Shown: piece by piece, positions 36,451 through 46,856 of the stretch
Numbering within the stretch: the first letter of the stretch is position 1
Layout: every line of letters starts with the position of its first letter
Source of the DNA: a virus
Strand: one strand, 5' to 3'
DNA: 64,000 bases
IMG/VR virus record: IMGVR_UViG_3300034122_002094
Program-made: the position numbers and the translations under genes
Notes under the pieces: generated by a model
What the model saw: the letters and a program-made list of their open reading frames with translations, nothing else
The model's database searches: none
What the model was told of the DNA's origin: nothing

Positions 36451-37098
36451 ATGTGGTCAGAGACAGAGCGAGAGTACATCCTGACTGAGCGGTGGGTGCC
36501 AAAGAAGATGCAAGGCAAGAACCCGCCCCTGACCAAAAGGGTCGTCGCCCGAGTGGTGAATGGCCAGCGCGACATTCCAGCAGACAGCACCTGGAGTATC
36601 AATGCGTTTGCGACAGAGCTCAAGCACTCGGCTCAGCTTCTGCTGCCAGACGTCACGGCCAACATCGTTGAGCTGATGGTCGTCGACAATTCCTTTGCGA
36701 AAGAGCCAGGCTGGCCGATTCTCTTGAGAGACGATGAGAGAGGCTTGAAGACCAAGCTGTCCATCAGCCTGGACGAGGCCGAGAAGCTCCAGAAGGTCTT
36801 CGTCATCAGGATCACGAAAGATCGCTGCGCAAGCGACTATGGAGACTATGACAGCGATGATCTGGAGTACAGCTCTGGCAACATCGGTGAGCACGTTCAT
36901 GGAGCCAGGATCAGCGCTGAGGTCTGCGACTCTCTTCCCAAGACGATGGAAGAGGCCAAAGCCATCGCAGCCAGAGAGTTGCTCAGGCTGTGTAACGAGT
37001 GGGATGAAGCTGCAAAAGAGCAGTATGAGGCTCAACTGCAAAAGCACAATGCAATCCGGCGAGCAGTGCTTGCCCAAGACACGAGAGGCCAGGGATGA
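36451..37098 (+). CDS. Hypothetical protein
   Basis: AAGGAG SD; TTGACA promoter upstream (36388). Confidence 0.6.
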   Translation: MWSETEREYILTERWVPKKMQGKNPPLTKRVVARVVNGQRDIPADSTWSINAFATELKHSAQLLLPDVTANIVELMVVDNSFAKEPGWPILLRDDERGLKTKLSISLDEAEKLQKVFVIRITKDRCASDYGDYDSDDLEYSSGNIGEHVHGARISAEVCDSLPKTMEEAKAIAARELLRLCNEWDEAAKEQYEAQLQKHNAIRRAVLAQDTRGQG

Positions 37099-37592
37099 GT
37101 TATAATAAACCCCGCTGGATCAGCCGCGAAGGGTCGCACAGCCGAAATGGCAAGACGTTCTTCGGCAGCCAATACGACCTACCGGCGCCCGATCTGGATG
37201 GGGCCTGGAGGATCAGCGGATTCTTCGTAGATGCCGAGTTCAGCGGCGAATACCCTGACGAGAAGGCGGTCCCTTCACTGGTGAATACGCTGAGCGATAA
37301 GGCGGCAGCGACAGCTCGTCGAGTGTATATTGCGAGCATGAACAAGTTCACGAGGCCCAGGTGCCATCCGGCAAGGCCCCAGAGCCTGTACGAGAAGTTC
37401 GTGCAGCCTGGCGGCGAGTGGGGCGAGAAGCCTTACCTGTTCGACACACTCGAAGAGGCCAAGAAGGCTGTCCTGACCTGCTGGACCATCGAGAGCCTGG
37501 CCGCCATGACAGAAGCCAAGGCCCTGTTTGATGAGGCCGCCGAGGACAGACAACACCTGATCGAAGAACTCCTGAGCGAGAGAGCAGCATGA
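37095..37592 (+). CDS. Hypothetical protein
   Basis: Coupled ORF; shares T(L/M)EEAK motif with the upstream gene. Confidence 0.55.
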   Translation: MSYNKPRWISREGSHSRNGKTFFGSQYDLPAPDLDGAWRISGFFVDAEFSGEYPDEKAVPSLVNTLSDKAAATARRVYIASMNKFTRPRCHPARPQSLYEKFVQPGGEWGEKPYLFDTLEEAKKAVLTCWTIESLAAMTEAKALFDEAAEDRQHLIEELLSERAA

Positions 37593-38731
37593 GCCTGACA
37601 AAAGAAGCCGATAGCCTCACCATCGTCGTCGAGTGCGACTTCTGCATGAACAAGCATGAGATCGAGCTTGATCGGTATGCAAATTCACCAGTCGTCTACT
37701 GGGCAGAACGCGAGGCCAGTAGGCTCGGATGGGCGTTCACAGATAATACGCAAAATAAAAGACTTGACGTGTGCCCAGCCTGTGCCTCGAAGCCATTCGT
37801 GTTTAACAAACTTTACAATTTTGAGCTACCCTTCAGCCTCCAAGAGCTGAAAGCTGCGTGCAAAGAAGACCTCGCACTGCGATGCGACAACAACCCAAGG
37901 ACCAAAGAGACAGCGATGAGAGAAGAGCTCAAGAACCGAGTCGACATGCTCGAAAAGCAGATCCAGCAGATGGCCGAGGCGACCAAGAGCACGCAAGAGA
38001 TCGTTCAGCGTGCTGAGCAGCGGATGGAAGAGGCCGTGAGCATCATGCAGGCCTTCGTGACCAGACTGAACCATCGGCCCTTCCAGCCGCCCACTCGTCC
38101 AGCAAACCCGCTGCCCATCACGCTCGGGGCGCCTGACAAGATGCTGTGGAACGGCGGCCCCGATCCGAAGCCCTGTGCGTTTGGTCCCTGGATCGAGGGT
38201 GGCGTCAGCAACCTCACTCACATGGGCTTCGAGGCCGTCAGCCTGCCGGATACCACCGAGCTCGGCAACATCAAGGCCCAGAGCTTCGAGGTGGACGAGG
38301 AGAACTTCGAGAGAGGCGGCGCAAGCCTCCGCGCGCTCTGGGAGGACATGGCTGCTCACCCGGAGAACTACCCCGACATGGAGGCCTGCTCGCCGATCAC
38401 CGAAGAGGAGATGCGGCCAGACGACAGCGAAGCAGATGAGGAGCCGCAGGAGTCGGAGCCTGGCTACACAGGAACACACGTCGCACAGTACATGCGCGAT
38501 CCGAACGATCGCAATCCATGCGAGGACGTCGTACTGCCTACGCCGCCCTCTCAGATCCCGCTGGACAGCATCCTGCCAGGCCTGTACATCAACAAGGACA
38601 AGCGGCGCTGCCAGGATCTTGTGACGGTCGAGCGCCAGGATCGAGATTACATCATCCGAGAGACGACCGGTGAGGTGCGCAGCCGAGTCGATCAGAGCCA
38701 GTTCCAGAAGCGATACAGGAAGGTCGATTGA
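37589..38731 (+). CDS. Hypothetical protein (N-terminal CxxC..CxxC, coiled coil)
   Basis: ORF track; possible internal start near 37916. Confidence 0.55.
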   Translation: MSLTKEADSLTIVVECDFCMNKHEIELDRYANSPVVYWAEREASRLGWAFTDNTQNKRLDVCPACASKPFVFNKLYNFELPFSLQELKAACKEDLALRCDNNPRTKETAMREELKNRVDMLEKQIQQMAEATKSTQEIVQRAEQRMEEAVSIMQAFVTRLNHRPFQPPTRPANPLPITLGAPDKMLWNGGPDPKPCAFGPWIEGGVSNLTHMGFEAVSLPDTTELGNIKAQSFEVDEENFERGGASLRALWEDMAAHPENYPDMEACSPITEEEMRPDDSEADEEPQESEPGYTGTHVAQYMRDPNDRNPCEDVVLPTPPSQIPLDSILPGLYINKDKRRCQDLVTVERQDRDYIIRETTGEVRSRVDQSQFQKRYRKVD

Positions 38732-39162
38732 GCAAGCCCAGAGAGAACATCATCGGGAGCGTGTGGGTTGTGTACACAGGTGAGAAGCCGAAGTACACCA
38801 CCGACGCCAAGTGCTGGGATCACTGCTCCGGCAGTATCCTCGCACAGCTCTGCAACGAAGAGGGCGAGGTCGTCGAGGCGCAGTTCTTCTCCAGCGAGAA
38901 GAGAGCCAGAGAGGCCGCCAGAGACAAGCTCGATGCCCACGTCGACAAGATCAGCATCATGATCGGTTACGAAGCCTGGTGGCATCACGAGGCTGCAAAG
39001 CAGCAGAGACGTCTGGACATCATGGGCCATGCGTTCATGGCGCTCGCCATCATCCCTCTGTTGACAATCATCGGTCTCATGTTGTATGAACACACCATCC
39101 TCGTCGCCCAGGCGCTCATCGCCTCGGGCACAGGCTTCTACCTGATCAAGAAGGCATACTGA
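38728..39162 (+). CDS. Hypothetical membrane protein
   Basis: Two C-terminal TM segments. Confidence 0.55.
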   Translation: MSKPRENIIGSVWVVYTGEKPKYTTDAKCWDHCSGSILAQLCNEEGEVVEAQFFSSEKRAREAARDKLDAHVDKISIMIGYEAWWHHEAAKQQRRLDIMGHAFMALAIIPLLTIIGLMLYEHTILVAQALIASGTGFYLIKKAY

Positions 39163-39971
39163 TGACAGATAGCAATATGCTCAAAGACCTCGCTGAATCC
39201 TTCAAGCCACCAACCGCCAAATGGCCAAACCATCAGGTTGTCCTGGATCTCTGGACCCGCCGAGACGAGATCGACAAGCTCGTCCAGCTCCTGGATGTCG
39301 CAGCCGAGTGGGAGTACGTCGACGATGGCGCCAACATCCCCTACTACAAGCTGCAATCAGAGAAGAGCCCAGTGTTTGCCATGCTTGTCGCGGGCAGCCG
39401 GACCTCCATGCTCTGGCGCCTCTCGGTAGATCCCAATACGCAGCAGTTGACGCAGGTGAGTGACAACCTGGTCTTCGGCAAGCCCGACAAGATCATGGGC
39501 GATGCCAAGGCGACCGTCAGGGCAAGCCTTGTGGCCTCGCGAGCAGCGTTTGACTCCATCGCCAACTGGCTGATCCTTGCAACCAGAGAGAAGGAGTTGG
39601 CAGGAGAGAAGCCGAGCTCTCAGGTCGAGGCGCCGACAGAGAAGCAAGAGGGGGCCAGTCAGATCACCGCCAACTATCTGATGGAGCTACACATGGAGCT
39701 GTCGAGGGCAGGCTGGCAGCACGCTGGCAATGGCTCACCCAACGACTGGGAGCTGCACGATGACACTGGCACAGTCTGGGCGAAGCTCCATCACCTCGAT
39801 CGCAACAACCATGAATGGAGAATCCGCACGATCTCGGCAGAGACGGGAGAGAAGACCTGGCTCGAACCAAGAAGAACCCCTGGTGTTTCACCAGGTGCCT
39901 TTGAGGAGGCCAGGAAGGCAGTGTTAATCGAGCTCCAGCATGAGTGCCTCAAGGTCAGAGGCCTCAAGTGA
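39162..39971 (+). CDS. Hypothetical protein
   Basis: Coupled ORF. Confidence 0.6.
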   Translation: MTDSNMLKDLAESFKPPTAKWPNHQVVLDLWTRRDEIDKLVQLLDVAAEWEYVDDGANIPYYKLQSEKSPVFAMLVAGSRTSMLWRLSVDPNTQQLTQVSDNLVFGKPDKIMGDAKATVRASLVASRAAFDSIANWLILATREKELAGEKPSSQVEAPTEKQEGASQITANYLMELHMELSRAGWQHAGNGSPNDWELHDDTGTVWAKLHHLDRNNHEWRIRTISAETGEKTWLEPRRTPGVSPGAFEEARKAVLIELQHECLKVRGLK

Positions 39972-40399
39972 TGAGTGACGAAGAAACTGCTCGACTCAGC
40001 AGAGCAGCAGCCTACTTCACTGAAGAGCAGGCGAAGCTCAGCGATGAGAGAACCCGATGGGAGAGAGTGGAGGCTGTCGGGATCGACGAATACTACGTCC
40101 TCAAGACAGACAAGAACGTCCCGCTCGCGGTCATCATCTGCGACGATGACGAGAGCGCAAAGATCCGAGACCCCGAGGCGCCATCGACCTACCTGATGCG
40201 GTACATGCGCTGGCGCCACGACAGGCTCATCTGGAGCAGATGGTGCAAGTACGGCCATCTGGAGACAGCAAAAGAGTTTGGCCTCTCGGGCGTTCGAGGA
40301 ACGCTCACTTTTGCAAGTATCGATCTCACCCTCAAGCTCGCCACCATGGTGTGTAGCCGCCAGTCACAAACAGATCAGAAGGAGTCCTCAGATGGCTAA
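39971..40399 (+). CDS. Hypothetical protein
   Basis: TGATG coupling. Confidence 0.55.
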   Translation: MSDEETARLSRAAAYFTEEQAKLSDERTRWERVEAVGIDEYYVLKTDKNVPLAVIICDDDESAKIRDPEAPSTYLMRYMRWRHDRLIWSRWCKYGHLETAKEFGLSGVRGTLTFASIDLTLKLATMVCSRQSQTDQKESSDG

Positions 40400-40916
40400 G
40401 CTCACCCCGCTCGCAGCCAGATGGTTCGGCTGTCCGACCGCAGACACCATCTGGACAGTCGATGTTCGATCGCCCCATGTCGACCCACCAGTCCTGCGCC
40501 ACATCACGAGCTGCCGAAATGAGACCATCTTCGTCAACCACGGCACGGCCCACGACAGGAAGGCCCGCTTCGCCCTCAAGGAGGTTGAGGGCGAGGTCAT
40601 CGCAGAGCCCGAGATGACGCACCTGCACCATCGAGCAGGGCAGGGCTACATCCACTTCCAGGTCTATCCCTTCAGGACGGAGGATGAGGCCGTTTGCGCG
40701 GTCATCAGGTTCGAGCAAGAGATCGCTGCCAAGAAAGAGCAGGACCGCCTCTGGAAGCTCCTCAATCAGTCTTGTCACGCCCTCATGGACCAGAGCTCAT
40801 ACCTCGCGCTCCAGCTCGCTTCCAGGATGCCTCTTGAGGAGGCTATCGCAGAAGTCGGGAAGATCAACATGCAGCTCCAGACCCTCCTGGACAGACCAAA
40901 GGTGAACAAGACATGA
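40392..40916 (+). CDS. Hypothetical protein
   Basis: AAGGAG SD, MAKLTPL. Confidence 0.55.
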   Translation: MAKLTPLAARWFGCPTADTIWTVDVRSPHVDPPVLRHITSCRNETIFVNHGTAHDRKARFALKEVEGEVIAEPEMTHLHHRAGQGYIHFQVYPFRTEDEAVCAVIRFEQEIAAKKEQDRLWKLLNQSCHALMDQSSYLALQLASRMPLEEAIAEVGKINMQLQTLLDRPKVNKT

Positions 40917-41188
40917 CAGACGCCCTCCACGACCTCCAAACAGCCCCTCAGAGCCCATCCGATGTTCTTCACTGGGAAGAACTCACACCAGGCAACTGGC
41001 GCCTCTCTATGGGCTCGCTGGGAGCCCTCATCGTCCTCTCGGATGGCCAGTGGCTCCACACCCGCTCGGGCGAGGTCACCAATCATGGAAAGGCTGAAGG
41101 CATCGCCGAGGCGAAGCAGGAGGCTGTGCTCCATATGAAGCTCGTGCTACTCACAATGATCGACATGCTCGAAAGGGTAAAGGACTGA
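40913..41188 (+). CDS. Hypothetical protein
   Basis: Coupled ORF. Confidence 0.5.
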   Translation: MTDALHDLQTAPQSPSDVLHWEELTPGNWRLSMGSLGALIVLSDGQWLHTRSGEVTNHGKAEGIAEAKQEAVLHMKLVLLTMIDMLERVKD

Positions 41189-41191
41189 ACG

Positions 41192-41521
41192 ATGACAGAA
41201 GAGACGACAGAGATCATGACAGAAGAAGATCTGCACCTGACGGTACAGGAGGACGGCGTCATTCGTTGCGGCGTGTTCGCAAAGCATGGCATCGTGATCT
41301 TCGGTGAGCCTGGAGGCGAATGGAGGGTCGAGCTTCATGGTAAGACGCAGCTCAAGGGCAAGGCCAAGAGCGAGGAGAACTCGTGCATCTGCGGAATCAT
41401 CGCGTGCTGCGACTGGATCAAGGCGCTGGATCAGAGCATCAAGATGAAGCAAGAAGCGCTCGCCAATGAGCACTGTGTGCCAAAGCGGTTTGTCAAGCCA
41501 GGAGAAGAGAATGGAGTTTAG
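41192..41521 (+). CDS. Hypothetical protein
   Basis: AAGGA SD. Confidence 0.5.
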   Translation: MTEETTEIMTEEDLHLTVQEDGVIRCGVFAKHGIVIFGEPGGEWRVELHGKTQLKGKAKSEENSCICGIIACCDWIKALDQSIKMKQEALANEHCVPKRFVKPGEENGV

Positions 41522-41900
41522 TGCAATCATGATCCTGGCGCACCTGCTGGGTGACTTCGTCTTCCAGACAGACTTCATGGCGCAGAACAAGACCAGGTCC
41601 AACTGGGTGGCTGCGCTCCATGCCGGAGTCTACACGAGCATCATCTGGCTGATGCTCATGCCGCAGTTCTGGTACTCGCAGGAGACGGCGCCGGTGTTCG
41701 GGCTGAAGCTGCTCGTCGTGTTCATCACCCACTACCTGATGGACCGCTACTCGCTCGCGAAGAGGTGGATGCAGAGAGAGGTGGTGGACCAGAAGGGGTT
41801 TGCTGAGCACCTGAAGCCCTGGTCGACCATTATCGTCGACAACACAGGCCACCTGCTCGTGCTGGCCGTGCTGTGGCATCCAGCCTACCTGCTGAACTGA
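41511..41900 (+). CDS. DUF3307-family membrane protein
   Basis: AHLLGDFVFQT..H..THYLMD..DNTGH. Confidence 0.8.
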   Translation: MEFSAIMILAHLLGDFVFQTDFMAQNKTRSNWVAALHAGVYTSIIWLMLMPQFWYSQETAPVFGLKLLVVFITHYLMDRYSLAKRWMQREVVDQKGFAEHLKPWSTIIVDNTGHLLVLAVLWHPAYLLN

Positions 41901-42127
41901 TGCCTACCGACGACAACCATAGAGAGCTGTCCTTCGACGACATCAGGCCGAGCTTCGATCGGCTCTACGTCAGCCCACGCTCGGGCAATACGACGCACAC
42001 GCCGGAGTGGTGGGCGAGCTATTTTGCCGATGCGATGGAGGCTGCCCTGTCGCAGCCTCTTGTGCATCCAAGAGACCGACAGCCATTCGACTGGAACGCC
42101 TTCTTCCTCAATCACCCTCCAGGCTGA
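41900..42127 (+). CDS. Hypothetical protein
   Basis: MPTDDNHRE; N-terminus resembles the next gene (MPTDNGYRE). Confidence 0.45.
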   Translation: MPTDDNHRELSFDDIRPSFDRLYVSPRSGNTTHTPEWWASYFADAMEAALSQPLVHPRDRQPFDWNAFFLNHPPG

Positions 42128-42131
42128 GCCA

Positions 42132-42362
42132 ATGCCCACCGATAATGGATACCGAGAGCCTCGGCGAGAGAGTTCGCGCCAACGCCTGATGGCCTCCGTC
42201 AGGTGGGTGAGCGAATTGGAGGAGCAGGCTCGGATGCAGAGGTGGGGCGCCATGTGTCTCGCTGCCATGCAGGAGGAGCCGCTGGTCATCAACACCCGAG
42301 GCCAGGTGCAGGAAACGTCTGACTGGCACAGTCACTTCCGATCGAGACACCGTAGCACCTGA
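42132..42362 (+). CDS. Hypothetical protein
   Basis: MPTDNGYRE. Confidence 0.4.
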   Translation: MPTDNGYREPRRESSRQRLMASVRWVSELEEQARMQRWGAMCLAAMQEEPLVINTRGQVQETSDWHSHFRSRHRST

Positions 42363-42919
42363 AGCAGCTTTTAGACCTGGCCCAAACTACTGGGCCAAAA
42401 CAGCTTTTTAGGCCCTCCGCAAATTTCTGGGTCAGACATAAGGGTATTTCAAACGCAAACAGATTCTGCCACAACAGGACCTGAGCTTGCGTTTGAAATA
42501 CCCTTGTGTCTTTGGTTTTGGGCTGCCGCAAAGTCAGTGGTCCACACAACTGGATGGCCTTTAAAACCGTCAAGATTTTGTCTGCTCCAAGCCGTCGCCC
42601 TGCGATTTTTTGAACAACTCGTGCGAAACCTAAATTTGGTGTGGTGTCAGCATCTTGACAGTTTCAAAGACCATGCCAGCTATGTGACCCACTGTCATTT
42701 CATGCTTGGATCGATCTGGCTTGACATATGGATCTGGGCGGCTCGCCGCACTGGTCATACCACTAGACCAGTGACATGATCCATGCCAACAATGCCATGT
42801 CAAGCACAAAATAATAATAATGTTATATCAAATACAAAATATACTTATATCGAATTGCATTGATCGTTGTATCGAATTGCTTTCGATATAATAAAAAACA
42901 CAAAAAATAAAAATAATGC

Positions 42920-42948
42920 TTGATCTATGGCGAGGCGTCCTGTATAGT
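42920..42948 (+). promoter_or_regulatory. sigma70-like early promoter
   Basis: TTGATC-17-TATAGT, AT-rich UP element. Confidence 0.7.
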
Positions 42949-43027
42949 CTTTCTTAGGTGGACGGGGCGAATGAGCGCAACGTCTACCGATAACCGACCT
43001 GATAGGGTCAAGCCAGTGGAGTCCACC

Positions 43028-43465
43028 ATGATCTCTCTCACCGCTGCTATCGTGTTCATCGTCGTGATCCTGCCTGTGTTCGCTTGCGCAATGGGGATCG
43101 CTATGGCGCCGTCGTTCGACGCTGGCAAGGCGACGTGGTATGCGTCTATCGCAGACGCTCCCGATCACAAGCTTTTCCTTGCTCACGTTGAGAGATGGAA
43201 AAAATCGCAGATCACGACAATCGATATCCCCTCCTGTGTTGTCAAGGGGGAGTCGTCAACCCTCCCCCGCGCCATAGGCGACACGGTAACGTATTATGAC
43301 AATATGTTTGACGCTCGCGACCAAAAGCCAGCCACAACCTTGACGGGCATCCCCGCAATCATCGCCCCGTCCTATCAGGGCGAGGGTGTCAAGGTGATGG
43401 CGCCTCGCATCATAGGGGATGCGAGGGACGTTAAGGGGCGTTTCATGCCCCGCTATAAGAGCTAA
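43028..43465 (+). CDS. Hypothetical protein with N-terminal TM
   Basis: GGAG SD; hairpin follows. Confidence 0.55.
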   Translation: MISLTAAIVFIVVILPVFACAMGIAMAPSFDAGKATWYASIADAPDHKLFLAHVERWKKSQITTIDIPSCVVKGESSTLPRAIGDTVTYYDNMFDARDQKPATTLTGIPAIIAPSYQGEGVKVMAPRIIGDARDVKGRFMPRYKS

Positions 43466-43595
43466 CAGTGTGGGGGAGGGTTGAAAGACCCTCCCCCTTG
43501 TCAAGACAAAAATAAAAAAGTTTTTTCTTTGACAAAATACGGGGCATGTGATCGGGAAGGTTTGAAAAAATCTTTCCTTGTCGTGTTATTTTTTC

Positions 43596-43624
43596 TTGAT
43601 CTTGTGGGCGCGATAGTCTATTGT
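43596..43624 (+). promoter_or_regulatory. sigma70-like early promoter
   Basis: TTGATC-17-TATTGT. Confidence 0.65.
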
Positions 43625-43668
43625 GTTTTGTAGGTGATGAATGGTTCATCATCAAGCGCGAGTTTCCG

Positions 43669-44202
43669 ATGTTCTACTCCCTCAACATGTCAACCATCAT
43701 CACTGCCGCTGTCAAGGGTGACAACGTGCGCGACATGGTATCTTGTGCGCTTGATACCTTCTCAGAAGGCATGGATCGCGACATGTTGACACAAGACATC
43801 ATCAATGCCTTGACGTCGGTTCAAGATGTCCAGACATGGCGCGCCATGTCTGATAAGGATGCAACGATCCTCGCCATTGACGTTTTGTCAATGTGGATCG
43901 AAGGCGAGGATGATGTTTTCTGCGCAGTGCAGAATGTGCTTGACAATAAGCGCGTATGGTTGAACCTTGACGCTGCGCAGTGTGACTTGACGGGGTTTGT
44001 GATCAATCGCGATCCCGTTAAGATGTTCATTCTGGAGTATGTCAAGATGAATCTCTCGTTTGCGCGTCAGATGATCCTTGACGTCAAGCATGACATGACA
44101 TGCGAGGATGCACAATCCACGCTGTATGTCAACAACCTTGATCTGAATCGCAAGGGGCTTGCGAGTCACCTTGCAAGCTACGCGCTAGACCAGATACTCT
44201 AG
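43669..44202 (+). CDS. Hypothetical protein
   Basis: Single-gene unit between promoter and terminator. Confidence 0.6.
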   Translation: MFYSLNMSTIITAAVKGDNVRDMVSCALDTFSEGMDRDMLTQDIINALTSVQDVQTWRAMSDKDATILAIDVLSMWIEGEDDVFCAVQNVLDNKRVWLNLDAAQCDLTGFVINRDPVKMFILEYVKMNLSFARQMILDVKHDMTCEDAQSTLYVNNLDLNRKGLASHLASYALDQIL

Positions 44203-44221
44203 CGTAAGTCAAGAGAAAACG

Positions 44222-44250
44222 ACAAGCGGCCCTAAGAAAGCCGCTTGTTT
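44222..44250 (+). terminator. Intrinsic terminator
   Basis: ACAAGCGGC...GCCGCTTGT-TTT. Confidence 0.75.
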
Positions 44251-44277
44251 TATTTTTATCTTTTTCAATTTTATATA

Positions 44278-44306
44278 TTGACACAAGACAATTTTTGTGG
44301 TATAAT
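44278..44306 (+). promoter_or_regulatory. Consensus sigma70 promoter
   Basis: TTGACA-17-TATAAT with TG extension. Confidence 0.85.
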
Positions 44307-44403
44307 TATAGTAGCGTGCAGAATTTTTGTTATGTGGCCAGGTACAAATATCATACCAAGTTTTGAGACCTAGCAAATTTATTTACTTGTGACCTCTAGC
44401 CTA

Positions 44404-44441
44404 AGAGAAGGGCCGTCTTGATAGACGGCCCTTCTCTTTTT
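44404..44441 (+). terminator. Bidirectional terminator
   Basis: AGAGAAGGGCCGTCT-TGAT-AGACGGCCCTTCTCT-TTTT. Confidence 0.75.
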
Positions 44442-44661
44442 ATTTCATCTTTTTCTTCTCTATCAAACTTATTATATGCGCTTGAAAGTGTGTCCACATG
44501 TAGGACACACTTGAGCCATCATCGAACACATGGGGCAGAACTTCGATGATGTCGCGCTCGCAAAGCGCGATCACGGCGTCCTGTGCGAAGACACCCGCGA
44601 AGGTGTCTACGGTGTTCTCGAACTTGGAAAGGAGGGTAGCGATCTCAGTCTGCGTCATCAT
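44440..44661 (-). CDS. Hypothetical protein
   Basis: MMTQTEIATL; promoter TTGATC-17-TATTGT at 44709-44737. Confidence 0.55.
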   Translation of the reverse strand: MMTQTEIATLLSKFENTVDTFAGVFAQDAVIALCERDIIEVLPHVFDDGSSVSYMWTHFQAHIISLIEKKKMK

Positions 44662-45156
44662 TTTGGGCTCTCTCGTTTGGGTGACGACCATTCATCACCT
44701 ACAAAAGACAATACAGAAAATGATGATCCCGATCAAGGGAAAACGACAAAAGACACTAACATTTTTTGTTGTGTCTCTAGTCTGGCCGATCCTCCCGATC
44801 GGCCTCTCTATTGTCGCCTTGTCAGCGCTTGTGAAGCGCCGACAAGGCCTTTAAGAGGCTCGTGGAGAGGTTTCTAGCCTTCCCCCCTGCCTCCCCTATT
44901 GCCGCGAGACAAGCGCGCATCTCGCGCTCATCTCGCTTGGTCATGGCGTTGTGGCATCTCGCCACAAACGCCCTTGTCTTCTTATCCACGATCTACCTCT
45001 CTAGCGTGTGGCAGCGTCTATGAGCTGCCAGAACATCAGGACCACGATCAAGGCGCAGATCGCGCCATTGATCAAACTCATGAGAACGTCCGATCCCTTG
45101 ATCATTTTCTTTCCATGTTGACAGGCTGGCGATCACATGGATCGCCAGCCTAGCTG

Positions 45157-45408
45157 TCACCGCGTGATGCGCTCAACTGTCATGGGGCGCCCGCCAATCG
45201 TGGCGGTCGAATACTTGCGGTAAAAATCGCGATTGTTTCGCGCCACGATGCAATCGAAACAATAACCGTCATTCAACTCGCGATAAAAAGCACCACAGTC
45301 TTGACACTCCTCGCATGAGAGATCCTGAAACATACGGATCTCACTATCAAGATCGCGATCGGATATGCGAGCAGACTTGGCAGACTTGGCAAACGAGAAA
45401 CGAGACAT
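45157..45408 (-). CDS. Small zinc-ribbon-like protein
   Basis: GGAG SD; CxxC..CxxC; promoter TTGACT-17-TATAGT at 45481-45509. Confidence 0.55.
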   Translation of the reverse strand: MSRFSFAKSAKSARISDRDLDSEIRMFQDLSCEECQDCGAFYRELNDGYCFDCIVARNNRDFYRKYSTATIGGRPMTVERITR

Positions 45409-45882
45409 GGTAGACTCCAGTGTGTGCCCTATCGGGCTGGTCATTTCGGCGCGGCGCTCATTCGCCATCACCTAAAAAAGACTATACAGGCGAGGCCGCG
45501 CGAAGTCAACACCTCTCACAAAATAAATCGTCTTTTTTGTGATTTTTGTTGTATCGAATGTTATATCGAATTGGCCAGATCGTTATATCGAAAGCAATTC
45601 GATATAATACATTTTTGCGTGTTGGCACGATTTTGTCCCGCTCCATGTGCAGCGGGCAGGCAAGATCCAATTTCAAGCCAGGACGATCGAGGCGAAAAAA
45701 GCCGCCGCAATGCACATGGAGCGCGGCTTTAAGCCCGTCAGAATTTTTGCGATTTAGGTTGAAATGTGCTGGAAAATATGATCAGGAAAGTGAAAGGCTC
45801 TCAATGGCACCATTAGAATAATGACGCCTGAGTGACAGCCCGTTGTATCGAAAGCCAACTCGATACAACGGGCGACCGGTCT

Positions 45883-46287
45883 CTATATGTAGAGAGACCG
45901 GGAGGTCCTCTCCCACCACTCGCCCTTAAAGCCCGACTCGTATAGCTTGTAGTCACATATAAATGTTGTGCCCGGTACATCATCGGCTGTGAACCGATGG
46001 AACAGATCGCCATAGTCGGCGAGATAGCCGCTAAACAAAGCCCTCTCGCCGAACATGATCAGTACGGCGCGGCTGTGGTCGCACACAGCCTCCAGCGGGA
46101 GTGGCAAACAACTGTTGTTCTCAAAGCGTGTGCGGCTGCGGTGGGCGAAGTCTCCATTGATCAGGACGTGTTCAAGGCGCCCGTTGGGGCGCGCGAAGCT
46201 CGCCGCCTCCATACGGTCGAGAATGGTGTTGGCGAGGCGACCGGTGAAGCAGGAGGAAGCGCAGCGAACGGTGGTGATGGTGGACAT
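45883..46287 (-). CDS. Hypothetical protein
   Basis: GGAG SD; TTGACG promoter upstream. Confidence 0.55.
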   Translation of the reverse strand: MSTITTVRCASSCFTGRLANTILDRMEAASFARPNGRLEHVLINGDFAHRSRTRFENNSCLPLPLEAVCDHSRAVLIMFGERALFSGYLADYGDLFHRFTADDVPGTTFICDYKLYESGFKGEWWERTSRSLYI

Positions 46288-46757
46288 GGGAGGCTCCGAG
46301 GCAAGGGGTGGGGTGGCGGCGTCTGGCGCTCATTCGCCATCTACCACACTCCACCAACCTAGCCGATGCCGTGCCCCACGTCAACATGAATCGAACTCGA
46401 TACATCGCCCAAGTTGTATCGAGTTTTGTATCGAATACGCCCACCAACGTGTCCCGTCGCGCCCTGGAGGCCCGAGGACCCAAAGCAGTGGCGACACACA
46501 CGTTGGTGGGCTCCGGGCTCAGTCAAAAAAATGACGGTCCAGCCCAAAAGCCTGACGGGATTTTGACGCCGGAGGGCGTGACCCGCCGTGTGTGTCGCCA
46601 CTGATAATGATAGCTCACTATCAATAGGCCTGCGTCTCCGTGGGGACGGGCGGATCGTTGTATCGAATACGCCCCGCGTTATATCGAATCGTTGTATCGA
46701 ATTGGCCAGGCGGGAGGGCGGCGATAATGACCGCTCATTATCAACACCACAGCGAAG

Positions 46758-46856
46758 TTTTCCACAGGCTGTGGATAACCTGTGAACAAAAAAGCCCCGC
46801 CGATCCATCGTGGATCGGCGGGGCGCTGGCGTGAGTTTTCCACAGCCTGTGGAAAA
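46758..46856. promoter_or_regulatory. DnaA-box cluster around a terminator hairpin
   Basis: TTTTCCACA, TGTGGATAA, TGTGAACAA, TTTTCCACA, TGTGGAAAA. Confidence 0.7.
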
